From assembly GCA_028826165.1 (NCBI GenBank), contig JAPDFW010000113.1, positions 120,062 to 184,061 on the forward strand: a DNA stretch of 64,000 nucleotides, in the 5' to 3' direction. Below, piece by piece: positions 38,200-49,921 of this stretch. Each line of letters starts with the position of its first letter. Position 1 is the first letter of the stretch. Origin of the DNA: Anaeramoeba ignava BMAN (taxonomy: Eukaryota > Protista > Anaeramoebae). A program made the translations under genes and the position numbers. The notes under the pieces are model-generated. The model searched no databases. It was not told where the DNA came from and worked only from the letters and a program-made list of their open reading frames with translations.

Positions 38200-39231
38200 A
38201 TGATTGCTGGAATGAATGATGAAGAAATTAAAGAACATCACGATACAGAAAAAGAAATAAAACAAAAAGTATCTGAATTAGCAAAAATGATAAAAGAATC
38301 AAAACATTGTGTAATTCATACAGGAGCAGGAATAAGTACATCAGCAGGAATACCAGATTTTCGAGGACCAAATGGAGTTTGGACATGTAGAGATCAAAAA
38401 AGAGCATTACCAAGAGGAAAAAGATTTAAAGAATGGCGACCCACTTATTGCCATATGGCTATTGTTGAACTTCTTAATCAAGGATTAATCAAACATTTAG
38501 TTTCACAAAATGTTGATGGATTACATGTTAGAAGTGGAATTCCATTAGAAAAAATCAGTGAATTACATGGAAATACTCATAAAGAATATTGTTCAAAATG
38601 TGGAAAGGAATATTTCCGATTGTTTGAAACAAGAAATGCATATAGTGTTACTGATCACAGAACTGGAAGAAAATGTGATATTTGTGGTGGAATGTTATTT
38701 GATTCTATCATCAATTTCGGTGAAAATTTACCTAAAAATGCTCTTGATAAAGCTTTTAAAGAAAGTACTAAATCTGATCTTTGTATTGTTTTTGGATCTT
38801 CAATGAGAGTTTCTCCTGCAAATTCTCTTCCTGTTATTCCTGTTAAACAAAAGAAAGGAAAATTAGTTCTTGTTAATTATCAAAAAACTCCTATTGATAA
38901 ACATTGTACTATGATTATTCATTCTGCTACTGATTTAGTTATGGAATTATTAATGAATGAACTTGATATTAAAGTTCCTGATTGGGAAGAAAAATTAACA
39001 GAAATTATTGAAGAACAAGAACAAGAATTAAAAAAGAAATCAGAAGAAAAATCAAAAGAAAAACCAAAAGAAAAACCAAAAGAAAAATCAAAAGATAAAT
39101 CAAAAGATAAATCAAAAGATAAATCAAAAGAAAAACCAAAAGATAAATCAAAAGAAAAATCAAAAGAAAAACCAAAAGAAAAACCAAAAGAAAAATCAAA
39201 AGAAAAATCAAAAGAAAAAGAAAAGAAATGA
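38200..39231 (+). CDS. NAD-dependent deacylase, sirtuin class IV (SIRT6/SIRT7-like), copy 1
   Basis: HTGAGISTSAGIPDFRGPNGVWT, SQNVDGLH, ELHGN, CxxC..CxxC zinc site, NFGENLP, KEKS/KDKS repeat tail. Confidence 0.95.
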   Translation: MIAGMNDEEIKEHHDTEKEIKQKVSELAKMIKESKHCVIHTGAGISTSAGIPDFRGPNGVWTCRDQKRALPRGKRFKEWRPTYCHMAIVELLNQGLIKHLVSQNVDGLHVRSGIPLEKISELHGNTHKEYCSKCGKEYFRLFETRNAYSVTDHRTGRKCDICGGMLFDSIINFGENLPKNALDKAFKESTKSDLCIVFGSSMRVSPANSLPVIPVKQKKGKLVLVNYQKTPIDKHCTMIIHSATDLVMELLMNELDIKVPDWEEKLTEIIEEQEQELKKKSEEKSKEKPKEKPKEKSKDKSKDKSKDKSKEKPKDKSKEKSKEKPKEKPKEKSKEKSKEKEKK

Positions 39232-39668
39232 ATTTAGAATTTAGAATTTAAATTTAAATTCAAATCAAAAAGAAGAATTTAAATCAAGATCTTTTTTCTT
39301 TTTTATCTTTTCAAACTTTCATTATAAATAAATTCATTTCTTCTTTTAGTTTCTTCTTTTATTTTTATTTTTTTCATTTTAAATAAATAAATTTTTTCTT
39401 TTAATTTGATCTTGTATTTGATCTTCTAATTTGATCTTGTATTTGATCTTTTAATTTGATCTTAATTTAAATAAAAAAAGAAAAAATTGATGATTAATTT
39501 TAAGAAAAAGAAAGAAAGAAAAAGGAATGTGAACTTTTAATTAAAATTAAAGTTGGAACAGGAAAAAAAATGGAATAAAACAAAATATCATTTTTTCATT
39601 TTTTCATTTTTTCATTTTTTTATTTTTTTCATTTTTTTATTTTCATTTTTTTTAATTAAAAATCTAAA

Positions 39669-40739
39669 ATGATTGCTGGAATGACTGAAGAAGAAATTAA
39701 AGAACATCACGATACAGAAAAAGAAATAAAACAAAAAGTATCTGAATTAGCAAAAATGATAAAAGAATCAAAACATTGTGTAATTCATACAGGAGCAGGA
39801 ATAAGTACATCAGCAGGAATACCAGATTTTCGAGGACCAAATGGAGTTTGGACATGTAGAGATCAAAACAGAAAACCACCAAAAAGAAACTATTCAAAGG
39901 AAGGATTGCGACCCACTTATTGCCATATGGCTATTGTTGAACTTCTTAATCAAGGATTCATCAAACATTTAGTTTCACAAAACACTGATGGATTACATGT
40001 TAGAAGTGGAATTCCATTAGAAAAAATCAGTGAATTACATGGAAATACTCATAAAGAATATTGTTCAAAATGTGGAAAGGAATATTTCCGATTGTTTAGA
40101 ACAAGAACTGCGAATAAAGTTCATGACCATCAAACTGGAAGAAAATGTGATATTTGTGGTGGAATGTTACTTGATTCTATCATCAATTTTGGTGAAAATT
40201 TACCTCAAAATGCTCTTGATAGAGCTTTTAAAGAAAGTACTAAATCTGATCTTTGTATTGTTTTTGGATCTTCAATGAGAGTTTCTCCTGCAAAATCTCT
40301 TCCTGTTATTCCTGTTAAACAAAAGAAAGGAAAATTAGTTCTTGTTAATTATCAAAAAACTCCTATTGATAAACATTGTACTATGATTATTCATTCTGCT
40401 ACTGATTTAGTTATGGAATTATTAATGAATGAACTTGATATTAAAGTTCCTGTTTGGGAAGATCAATTAACAGATATTGTTGAAGAACAAGAAGAAAAAT
40501 TAGAAAAGGAATTAAAAGATAAACCAAAAGAAAAATCAAAAGATAAATTAAAAGATAAACCAAAAGAAAAATCAAAAGATAAATTAAAAGATAAATCAAA
40601 AGATAAACCAAAAGAAAAATCAAAAGAAAAATCAAAAGAAAAATCAAAAGATAAACCAAAAGATAAATCAAAAGATAAATTAAAAGATAAACCAAAAGAT
40701 AAACTAAAAGAAAAACCAAAAGAAAAAGAAAAGAAATGA
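39669..40739 (+). CDS. NAD-dependent deacylase, sirtuin class IV (SIRT6/SIRT7-like), copy 2 (tandem paralogue)
   Basis: Same motifs as copy 1 (SQNTDGLH) and near-identical nucleotide sequence. Confidence 0.95.
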   Translation: MIAGMTEEEIKEHHDTEKEIKQKVSELAKMIKESKHCVIHTGAGISTSAGIPDFRGPNGVWTCRDQNRKPPKRNYSKEGLRPTYCHMAIVELLNQGFIKHLVSQNTDGLHVRSGIPLEKISELHGNTHKEYCSKCGKEYFRLFRTRTANKVHDHQTGRKCDICGGMLLDSIINFGENLPQNALDRAFKESTKSDLCIVFGSSMRVSPAKSLPVIPVKQKKGKLVLVNYQKTPIDKHCTMIIHSATDLVMELLMNELDIKVPVWEDQLTDIVEEQEEKLEKELKDKPKEKSKDKLKDKPKEKSKDKLKDKSKDKPKEKSKEKSKEKSKDKPKDKSKDKLKDKPKDKLKEKPKEKEKK

Positions 40740-40922
40740 ATTTAGAATTTTATTCCATTTTTTTTATTTTTGAAAAGAAAAACAAAAATGAAACAAAAAT
40801 TGATTTTATTCTTTTATTTTTTTTTTAATTTAAAAAAATTTTTTTTTCTTTTTTTTTTTTTCATTTTTTTCTTTAATTTCCTTTTTTTTATTTTTATATT
40901 AAATTTAACAATAATTATTAAA

Positions 40923-43900
40923 ATGAGTGAAAAAACAAATCAAAAAACAAATACGTTAAATAAAGAAACAAATAAAGAAACAAATCAAAAAACAAATCAA
41001 AAAACAAACCAAAAAACAAATCAAAAAACAAACCAAGAAACAAATCAAAAAACAAATCAAAAAACAAATCAAAAAACAAATCAAAAGACAAATACGTTAA
41101 ATAAAGAAACAAATCAAAAAACAAATCAAGAAACAAATCAAAAAACAAATCACGTTAAAAACAAATAAAGAAACAAATCAAAAGACAAATCAAAAGACAA
41201 ATACGTTAAATAAAGAAACAAATCAAAAAACAAATCAAAAAACAAATCAAAAAACAAATCAAAAAACAAATCAAAAAACAAATCAAAAAACAAATACGTT
41301 AAATAAAGAAAAAGAAAAACCAAAAGAAAAAGAAAAACCAAAAGATAAATCAAAAGAAAAAGAAAAAGAAAAAGAAAAAGAAAAAGAAAAAGAAATTGTA
41401 ATGGAAATTGAAGAAGAAAAAAAAGGAGATCAAACAAAAACAAATCAAGAAAAACAAAAAGAAAAAGAAAGTGACAGTGAAAGTGAAAGTGGAGATGAAA
41501 GTGATAGTGGAGATGAAAGTGGAGATGAAAGTGATGAAAGTGAAAATGAAAAAGAAAAAGAAAAAGAAAAAGAAAAAGAAAAAGAGAGTGACAATGAAAG
41601 TGACAATGAAAGTAACAGTGAAAGTAACAGTGAAAGTGAAAGTGAAAGTGAAAGTGAAGATGAAAGTGAAAGTCAAGATGAAAGTGATTATGTTAATTCT
41701 CCTTCAGACGTTGAAGAAAAATATGAATATTCTGATGATGAAAAAATAATAAATAAAACTAAAAGAAGAAAAAAAACACCTCAAAAACCAACAAGAACAA
41801 GAACAACTCGTTCAAATTCAAAAACAACAAAAACAACAAAAACTCCAAAAAAAACACCTCAAAAATCAACAAGAGTAACTCGTTCAAATTCAAAGAAAAC
41901 TCCAACAAAAACAAGAGTAACTCGTTCAAATTCAAAAACAACAAAAACAACAGAAACAACAAAAACAACAAAAACTCCAAAAAAAACACCTCAAAAATCA
42001 ACAAGAGTAACTCGTTCAAATTCAAAGAAACCAGCAAAAAAAACTACAAAAAAAACAAATTCAAAAGCAAAAAAAACTACGAAAAGAACAACTCGTTCAA
42101 ATTCAAAAAAACCAACAAAAAAAAGAAAAACTCCTTCAAAAACCAAAAAAACCAAAAAAACCAAAAAAAATAAATCAAAAAAAGTTCCAAAATCTGAATG
42201 GAAATGGACAACATTAAGTCATAATGGGGTTAAATTTCCAGCAGATTATGAACCACATGGAGTTAAATTATTATATGATGGTAAGTTTAAATAATTTTAA
42301 TTTCAAAATGAATTTTAATATTAATTTGAATTTTAATTTTATTTTTAATATTAATTTAAATTTATAAATGAATTTTAATATTAATTTAAATTTCAAAATG
42401 AATTTTAATATTATTTTTAATTTCAAAATGAATTTTAATTTAATTTTAATATTATAAATAATTTTAATTTCAAAATGAATTTTAATATTAATTTGAATTT
42501 TAATTTTATTTTTAATTTTAAATTAAATTTTCATAATTTTTAGGAAAACCTGTTGCATTAACTCCAGAACAAGAAGAACTTGCTACATTATATGCTCAAT
42601 CAATGGATATCGATATTGCACAAGACCCACAATTCAAAGAAAACTTTTTCAACGATTTTTTAGAGGTTTTAGGACCAAAACATAAAATCAAAAAATTTGA
42701 AAAATGCGATTTTACAAAAATTAAAGACTATTTAGAACGAGAAAAAGAACGGAAAAAAGAAGTACAAAAAGCAAAAACAAAAGAAGAAAGACAAAAAGAA
42801 AAGGAAGAAAAAGATGCAATCAACGAGAAGTATCTTTATGCAACTGTTGATGGAGAGCCCCAGAAAATAGGGAATTTTACAATAGAAGCACCAATACTTT
42901 ATCGGGGAAGAGGAAAACACCCGAAATCAGGGACATTCAAAAGAAGAATAGTTCCTGAAGATATTATAATTAATGTTGGAGAAAATGATCCAGTTCCGGA
43001 ACCACCGGCTGGACATGAATGGAAGGAAATCGTGCATCGACACGATGTTCAATGGATTGCGAGCTGGAAAGAAAATGTTTTGGGCGCAAATAAATATGTC
43101 AAATTTGCTCGCAGCGCAAAATTCAAATGCGAAAGTGATTATGACAAATATGAGCTTGCGAGAAAATTGAAGGATAAAATTGATGGAATTCGCAAGCAAT
43201 ATTTAAAGGATTTAAAAAATGAAGACTTACTTATTAAACAGCGCGCAACAGCAATGTATATCATCGACAAATTGGCAATGAGAATTGGGAATCCAAAAAA
43301 GAAAGACTTGGCAGACACTGTTGGATGTGTCACTCTCAGAGTGGAGCATGTCAGTCTTGTTCCCCCTTCTTCGTTGCATTTTGATTTTCTTGGAAAAGAC
43401 TCAATGAGATATGAAAATACTGTTGAAGTTTCCAAACAAGTTTATAAAAATTTTGCTTTGTTTCGAAAGTCGAAAAAAAAACCCGATAGAATTTTTGATT
43501 TGCTTACTTCTTCATTGCTTAATTCCCATCTTAAAAGTCTTATGCCTGGATTGACAACTCGTGTCTTTCGTACTTTTAATGCAAGTCTTACTCTTCAACA
43601 AGAACTGGATAAAATGCCAAAAATAAAAGCAAAAACAAAACGCAAAGAAATTGATGAAAAATTCCAATTCTATCAAAATGCAAACCGTCAAGTTGCCATT
43701 CTTTGTAATCATAAGAAAACTATCTCAAAAGCTTTTCCTGAGCAAATTAAAAAGATTCATGAAAAAATTGATGAACTTAAAAAGGAAAGAAAGCAGTTGA
43801 AAAGTTGGATCAAAAAAGGTGATCCAGTTATTATTCAAAAAAAAAGAAAGAAAAGAAAAAGAAAGAATTCACAAGAAGATGAAAAATCCGAAAAAGATGA

Positions 43901-44330
43901 AAAATCCGAAAAAGATGAAAAATCCAAATCAAAAAAATCCAAAAAAGAAAAAGAAAAAAAATCAAAATCAAAATCAAAATCAAAATCAAAAAAAGAAAAA
44001 GAAAAAGAAAAAGAAAAAGAAAAAGAAAAAGATTCACAACAAAATGATGAAGATGAATACGAAATTGTCGATTATAAATATACAGTTAAAAGAATGGAAT
44101 CAAGAGTTAATACTATTCGTGATCAAATTGAAAGATTGAAAAAAAATTTGGAATCAAGAGAAAATCTTAAAGATATTTCACTTGCAACTTCAAGAACAAA
44201 TTATCTTGATCCAAGAATTTCTGTTGCTTGGTGTAAAAAATGGGAAGTTCCAATTGAAAAGATTTTTAGTAAAGCACTTCGTGAAGCATTTCCTTGGGCA
44301 ATGGAAGTTGATTCTGATTGGAAATTTTAA
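40923..44330 (+). CDS. TOP1: DNA topoisomerase IB. Start is either 40923 (needs a 1-nt correction near 41151) or 41401; intron 42281-42543
   Basis: KWTTLSHNGVKF, RGRGKHPK, DKLAMRIGN, ADTVGC, FDFLGKDSMRY, VFRTFNAS, ILCNH, NYLDPRI (catalytic Tyr). GTAAGT donor at 42281 and TAG acceptor at 42543 join in frame. Confidence 0.93.
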
Positions 44331-44624
44331 AAATTCAAATCTTTAATTCAAATTTTTAATTCAAATTTTCAGTTTAAATTTTCAGTTTAAATTTTTAATT
44401 TTTTTATTAACTTTTTAGAAAGGGAAATTTCAAGAAAAGATAAACTTAAATTTTTAAAATTTTTATTAATTTTTTGATTGAATTAAATTTAAAATTAAAA
44501 TTGAATTGAATTGAATTGTTTATTGAGAAAATCCAAATCTCAAAAAATTGGAAATCAAAAAGATATCAAAAAGAAATCAAAATCAAAAAGATATCAAAAT
44601 ATGATAAAAGCGAAATAGAGAGTT

Positions 44625-46807
44625 TTACATCAAATTGCATTTCTTCTCAGTATCTATGTATTCCAAAGGAGGTAAATCTTGATTAATAAACAATTCAGTC
44701 TGAACTGGGAATTTATTAAGCAAGATATACATCATTGGACATCTTCTAACACAATCCTCCGACAATTCCTTAGCAAGTTCAAGAGATTGGTCAGTACCGA
44801 CATCAAAATGGAAGCTCATTTTAGGGATTGCTGGGTTATCAGACATAAGAAACTCAGCAGATAAATCTTGGTCTAATTGAGATTCAATTGATAAAGATTT
44901 CAAAGATAAAGCTCTTAAAGAAGAAGCATAAGCGTAGTGAGTAAGAAGACAACAAGAGATGCCACCCAGATAGTACTGGATAGGGGACGGCGCGGAAGAA
45001 TCGCCTCCAAGAAACTTTTGAGAGTCAAGTTTCCATAAATTGACTGATTTTTGACCTTCAATATAAGTTGATGAAAACTGCGGGCTCGTTACGTTCTCGC
45101 AATCCCAGGCTCCTTCCACTATCGTTGGCTTGATAGATGTGTTCGGTTTCGCCCGCAATTCAGATTGGAATGTGTACACTGAGTCTAAATTTATGTTGTT
45201 GATTTTCTTTCCTTTTTTTTGAGCTACTTTGTTATAATGTTTGATTGTTGTGTTCACTGTTACTGGTATAGAATTTTCCCCAATTTGTACGCTCGGACAT
45301 CTTTTTCTTGATACTTCAAATGCTTCCTTCAGTTTCTCGTTGCTTTCAAATGAAAATGCTGAAAGTGATATTTTGAATTGAGTTGCTGGTGGTTTCTCCA
45401 TGTTTAATCCAGTTACTCGTGAAAAATCAAAATCTATTTCGCATCGTGAAATTAATTTGTTTAATTTGATATTCATTCTTGAACATGTTCTTGCAAAAGT
45501 TCTTTTTATATTTTTATATTTTGAAATGATTTATTTTAATTTTGATTAAATAAATTTTTAATTTGATCTTGAATTGAATTAATTAAGTTTTAATTTTGGA
45601 TTTTGTTTATTTAATTATTTTTAAAATTATTTATAAATAGATTATTAATTAAAATTTAATTAGAATTTAATTAGAATTTTATATTTATTTATTAAATTGT
45701 TTTAATAAATTTTTAATTTGATCTTGAATAGAATTAATTAAGTTTTAATTTTGTATTTTGTTTATTTAATTATTTATAAAATTATTTATTAATTAAAATT
45801 TAATTGTTTTAATTAAAATTTAATTAGAATTTTATATTTATTTATTAAATTGTTTTAATTAAATTTTAAATTTGATTTTGAATTAAATTAATTAAGTTTT
45901 AGTTTTATATTTTGTTTATTTAATTATTTTATAAAATTATTTATAAATTAATTTATTAATTAAAATTTATTTAGAATTTTATATTTATTTATTAAATTAA
46001 AATGGGGATTAAATTGTTTTAATTAAATTTTTAATTTGATCTTGAATTGAATTAATTAAGTTTTAGTTTTGTATTTTGTTTATTTAATTATTTTTAAAAT
46101 TATTTATTAATAGATTTATTAATTAAAATTTAATTAGAATTTTATATTTATTTATTAAATTAAAATGGGGATTAAATTGTTTTAATAAATTTTTAAATTG
46201 ATCTTGAATTAAATTAATTAAGTTTTAGTTTTGTATTTTGTTTATTTAATTATTTTTAAAATTATTTATTAATTAAAATTTAATTGTTTTAATTAAAATT
46301 AAATTGATCACAAATTAAATTAATTTTAATGATCAAAATTAATTTAAAAAAAAAAACTATTGGGGGATTTAATTGTAAATTGAATTTACGAAGCAAATAA
46401 TCCAGCAAAACTAATTAAAAAAGTAAATTAAAAAATAAATTAAAAAAATTAAAAAAATAAATTAAAAAAATAAATTAAAAAATTCTTACGCAAAAATACA
46501 TAAAGAGAGAGGAGAAGGTCCATTTCCTTGGCCGCCCATCAATTTAGGATTATCAACTTTGATTTTTTCTTCACCTTTATCATAATGAAAAACTAAATAG
46601 AAAAAATTAATAAAAAAAATTAATTTAAATTAATAAGAAAAAATTAATTTAAATTAATTTAATTTTACTCGCGCCAAATTGTGATTTTCCTTTCATAAGC
46701 CATTCAAAATCAAGATTTATTTGTTTGATTGCATTTTCTGGTCTTTGTTTCATTTCTTGAATTGAGTCTTCGATATTACCAAGATTAACATGATTTATTG
46801 ATAACAT
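44625..46807 (-). CDS. Tandem double OsmC/Ohr-like domain protein (~379 aa, 4 exons, one of 21 nt)
   Basis: Exons 46807-46669, 46592-46490, 46410-46390 and 45501-44625 join in frame. Two internal repeats: INHVNL..D.PKLMGGQGNGPSP..AGLFA..RCP and INNINL..D..KFLGGDSSAPSP..ISCCL..RCP. Confidence 0.85.
45530..46310. repeat. Degenerate ~150-180-bp tandem repeat (~5 copies) in OsmC intron 3
   Basis: The block TTTGATCTTGAATTGAATTAATTAAGTTTT..TTTTGTTTATTTAATTATT recurs. Confidence 0.85.
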
Positions 46808-47059
46808 TTTGTTTTATTTTGTATTTTTAAAAAAAAAATTTAAGTTGTTTTTGTGTTTTGTTTTGGTTTTTGTTGTAAAAAATTCTTAAAAAGAAAAATT
46901 AAAAAAAAAAAATGATTTGAGAAAAAATTCAAAAAAAAAAAAAACAAGTGGATTTTAAAAAAAAATTACCCCTAAATTCCAATTTATTTAATCATTTAAA
47001 AAAAAAAAATTTTTTTTCTTTCTTTCTTTATTTTTGGATAATCTTAATTAAAATAATTC

Positions 47060-47230
47060 AAATCAAAATCCAAAATCAAAATCAAAATCAAAATCAAAAT
47101 CAAAATCAAAATCCAAAATCAAAATCAAAATCAAATTCAAAATTAAAATAAAATTCAAAATTAAAACCAAAATCAAAACCAAAATCAAAATCAAAACCAA
47201 AATCAAAATCAAAATCAAAATCAAATTAAA
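47060..47230. repeat. (AAAATC)n hexamer microsatellite
   Basis: Direct repeat. Confidence 0.85.
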
Positions 47231-47343
47231 AATGGAAATAGATTTAATTTAATATTTAATTTATAAATCAATTTAAAAATATAATTTAATATTTAATTTT
47301 ATTATTAAAATAATAATTTAATGTTTTAGATTTAAATATTTTA

Positions 47344-49921
47344 TTATTTAAAAATATTTTGAAAATTGATTTTTTCCCAAATATGTTCAATTTCCTCAAG
47401 AATTCGTTTCAAGAAAAATCTAGCGGTTGAGTTGTTAATTGAAATGGGTCTGTAGTTTTTGATTTCTTCAGGGTTTCCTTGTTTGTAGATAAAGATCATC
47501 CTTCTTTCTTGTATATATTCTATTATCTCATCATTTGGGTTACTTATCCATTTTTTGAACATTCTATTGATCGATTTTAGGAATTCTTGATATCTTGAGT
47601 CTGTTTCATTTATGTAGGGATTTTTGTACATGTCAATCTTATCATAATCGCAAGTTGAGTTATTTTTACATGTTTTGATTATTTTGCTTAATCTCTCAAG
47701 TGGAAATAATAGATTCAATTCTCTTGTGTCTTCCAATATTTCAATATTGGAGGTTTTAATTTTCTCAATTGTGATTTGTGAGGGTAGGAGTCTAATTGAA
47801 TTGATCATTTGTTGGAAATCTTGTTCCATTTTGGGTGTACCTAACACTACTCTTGTTTTCTTTTGTGTGATTCTTTTTATCTCAGCCCAGTAGTTCAATT
47901 CATTTCGATTATCAATTTCAATTCCCTTCATTGTTTTCTTCCATTTTTTATTCAATAACTTTTTCCAATTAAATTCTTTTTCTTCAAGAAAATTGTGGAG
48001 TTGATAATCAAGTTCACTTTTTGTTTCAATATGAATTGTATTCTTTTTTCTGAAAGAATTCTTCATGTCTTTTATTATATTTGTAGACAAAACTAGTTTT
48101 GAAGATGGAAATGCTTCTTCTTCCATTTTTTTTATGATTTTATTTTGAAATTCCTCTTGGGTGGGTTGGTAATATTGTAGTTGAGTGGTAATTGGAGTTT
48201 TGAATGAGATTTTATTCAGGAGCATTTTGTGATCAGACAATTTCTTGGCTGTTGTATCTATTATTTGGGAATTGTTTATTTCTAGTTCATTATTAACACA
48301 GAAATGATCGATATTTCTGGTTCTCGATATGGATTCATTGGGGATTATTTTGAAATTTTGGATTGTAATTTGTTTTTCTATTTCCTCTTGTGTTAAATTA
48401 AAATCCCCTCCGATGATATATTTCTCTGTTTGTATATTTTGTATTATTGCTTGTAGTTTTCTGAGCATTTCTTTTTGTGTTTTTTGTCTTAGATAACAAT
48501 TAATGATATGGAGATCAGTAATTTTTATATGTAATATATCTTGATCTTCATGTTTGATTTCTTCAAAAAATTTTTTGAATTCTTTTCTTATTGCAATACA
48601 TAACCCACCTTTAGATTTCTTTTCTCCATAAACTTCCTTTTTTAGATTTCTTTTCTCCATAAGCTTCCTTTTGGAAACTTTCGAATTTTGTAAAATATAT
48701 TCTTTTCTTTAAGTGAGTTTCTTGAATTAAGACTATTTCAATTTTTTGTGATAGCAAGAGTTGTTCCAATTCTTGTGTTTTTCCTAGTTTGAGAAGTCCA
48801 TTTATGTTTATAGAAGCAATGTTGGTTGAATATTCCTCAATTAGATATCTCTTTTTTCCTTTCAGTTTCTCTAATAGATTTTCATCAGGGTCGAGTAATT
48901 TGATTTGGATACTAGAAGGAATTCTTTCAATATTCTGTTTACATTCATCAAATATAGTTTGAATCATTGCCTTTCTATCCCAAATTTCCATTTTATGTCC
49001 ACCCTTTTGGATCATTCTCAAGACATCCCAATTCTGAATAGCTGATCTCGTTTCAAAAATATTCAAATGAGGTTTCTTAATTACAATTTTATTTGAGTTT
49101 TTGATTTTGATGATTTTCTTTTGGTTAAGATCTGTATATTCTTTAGAATTTTTGTATTTAATCGTTCTCTTTAGAGTGGAATCAATTTGCCATTCATTTT
49201 CTTGTAATTTTTGTATTATCTGATTTTGTAATTCTTGAATATTTCTTTTTGGAAGAGTATTGTATTCTTGATATGTTTTCAAATAAGTGTAGTTGGTCGA
49301 TTTAAGTAAGAATTCTCGGAGATCAGCTTCGATTATCTTGAATTTATGAAGGTGATTTATTTCTTTGAAAATTATTCCTTTGATTTCTTCAGTAACGTAG
49401 TTTAGCTTTTCTTTATTAGTAATGAGATCATTTTCTTTGTCTAGTTTCAAGATAATGGGAGTTTTGAGCCAATTTTCAGAATCGAGTGTCTTGTAATGAA
49501 TTACCTCTTCTTGATCAAATTCTTCATTATGCGTTAAATTAACGGTTTCTCTTTCTTCTCTTAAGTAGAAATTTTCATCTTCGCTCTCTTCTTCAATAAA
49601 TTCAAGATTGTCTTCTTCAAAAGATTCAAAAAATTCACTGAAGTCATCGGATTTAGGATTTGAGGTGTCTATATTTCCATTGATAAGTTTCTTAAAATGA
49701 TTTGAGATTGAAATTGAAATCTTGGTTCCATTTCGGATCACTCTCCTTCTCTCTTTTGCAGCTTTTCGAGGTTCTTCAACAAGGAAGTGTCCTTGACTAT
49801 TTCTTTCATATTGGGTCCAATATCCTTTTATTGGACCATAATTCTCAATTAATCTTAAAATGAGATTTAAAGAGATAAAGGGGGAATCTGCAAAAATGAA
49901 CAGATTTCCCCAATTGACCAT
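47344..49921 (-). mobile_element. Degenerate non-LTR (LINE-like) retrotransposon: N-terminal RRM-like region, APE endonuclease, truncated reverse transcriptase
   Basis: APE motifs IASININGL, LIQETH, GGLCIAIRK, IINCY, IGGDFN, IDHF, LSDH. RT start IFIYKQG..KNYRPISI. The frame is broken by a 31-bp tandem duplication at 48610-48671, and the element stops before YxDD. Confidence 0.88.

Noticed and set aside
43800-44070. Insertions in TOP1 (and in MLH1 at 20780-21260) as possible inteins or introns
   Set aside because: They are low-complexity K/E/S/N tracts in known variable linkers, in frame, with no intein terminal motifs or homing-endonuclease signature.
1603-44330. Alternative genetic code (stop-codon reassignment as in ciliates)
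   Set aside because: Conserved genes are open in the standard code and end at TAA or TGA at the expected C-termini.
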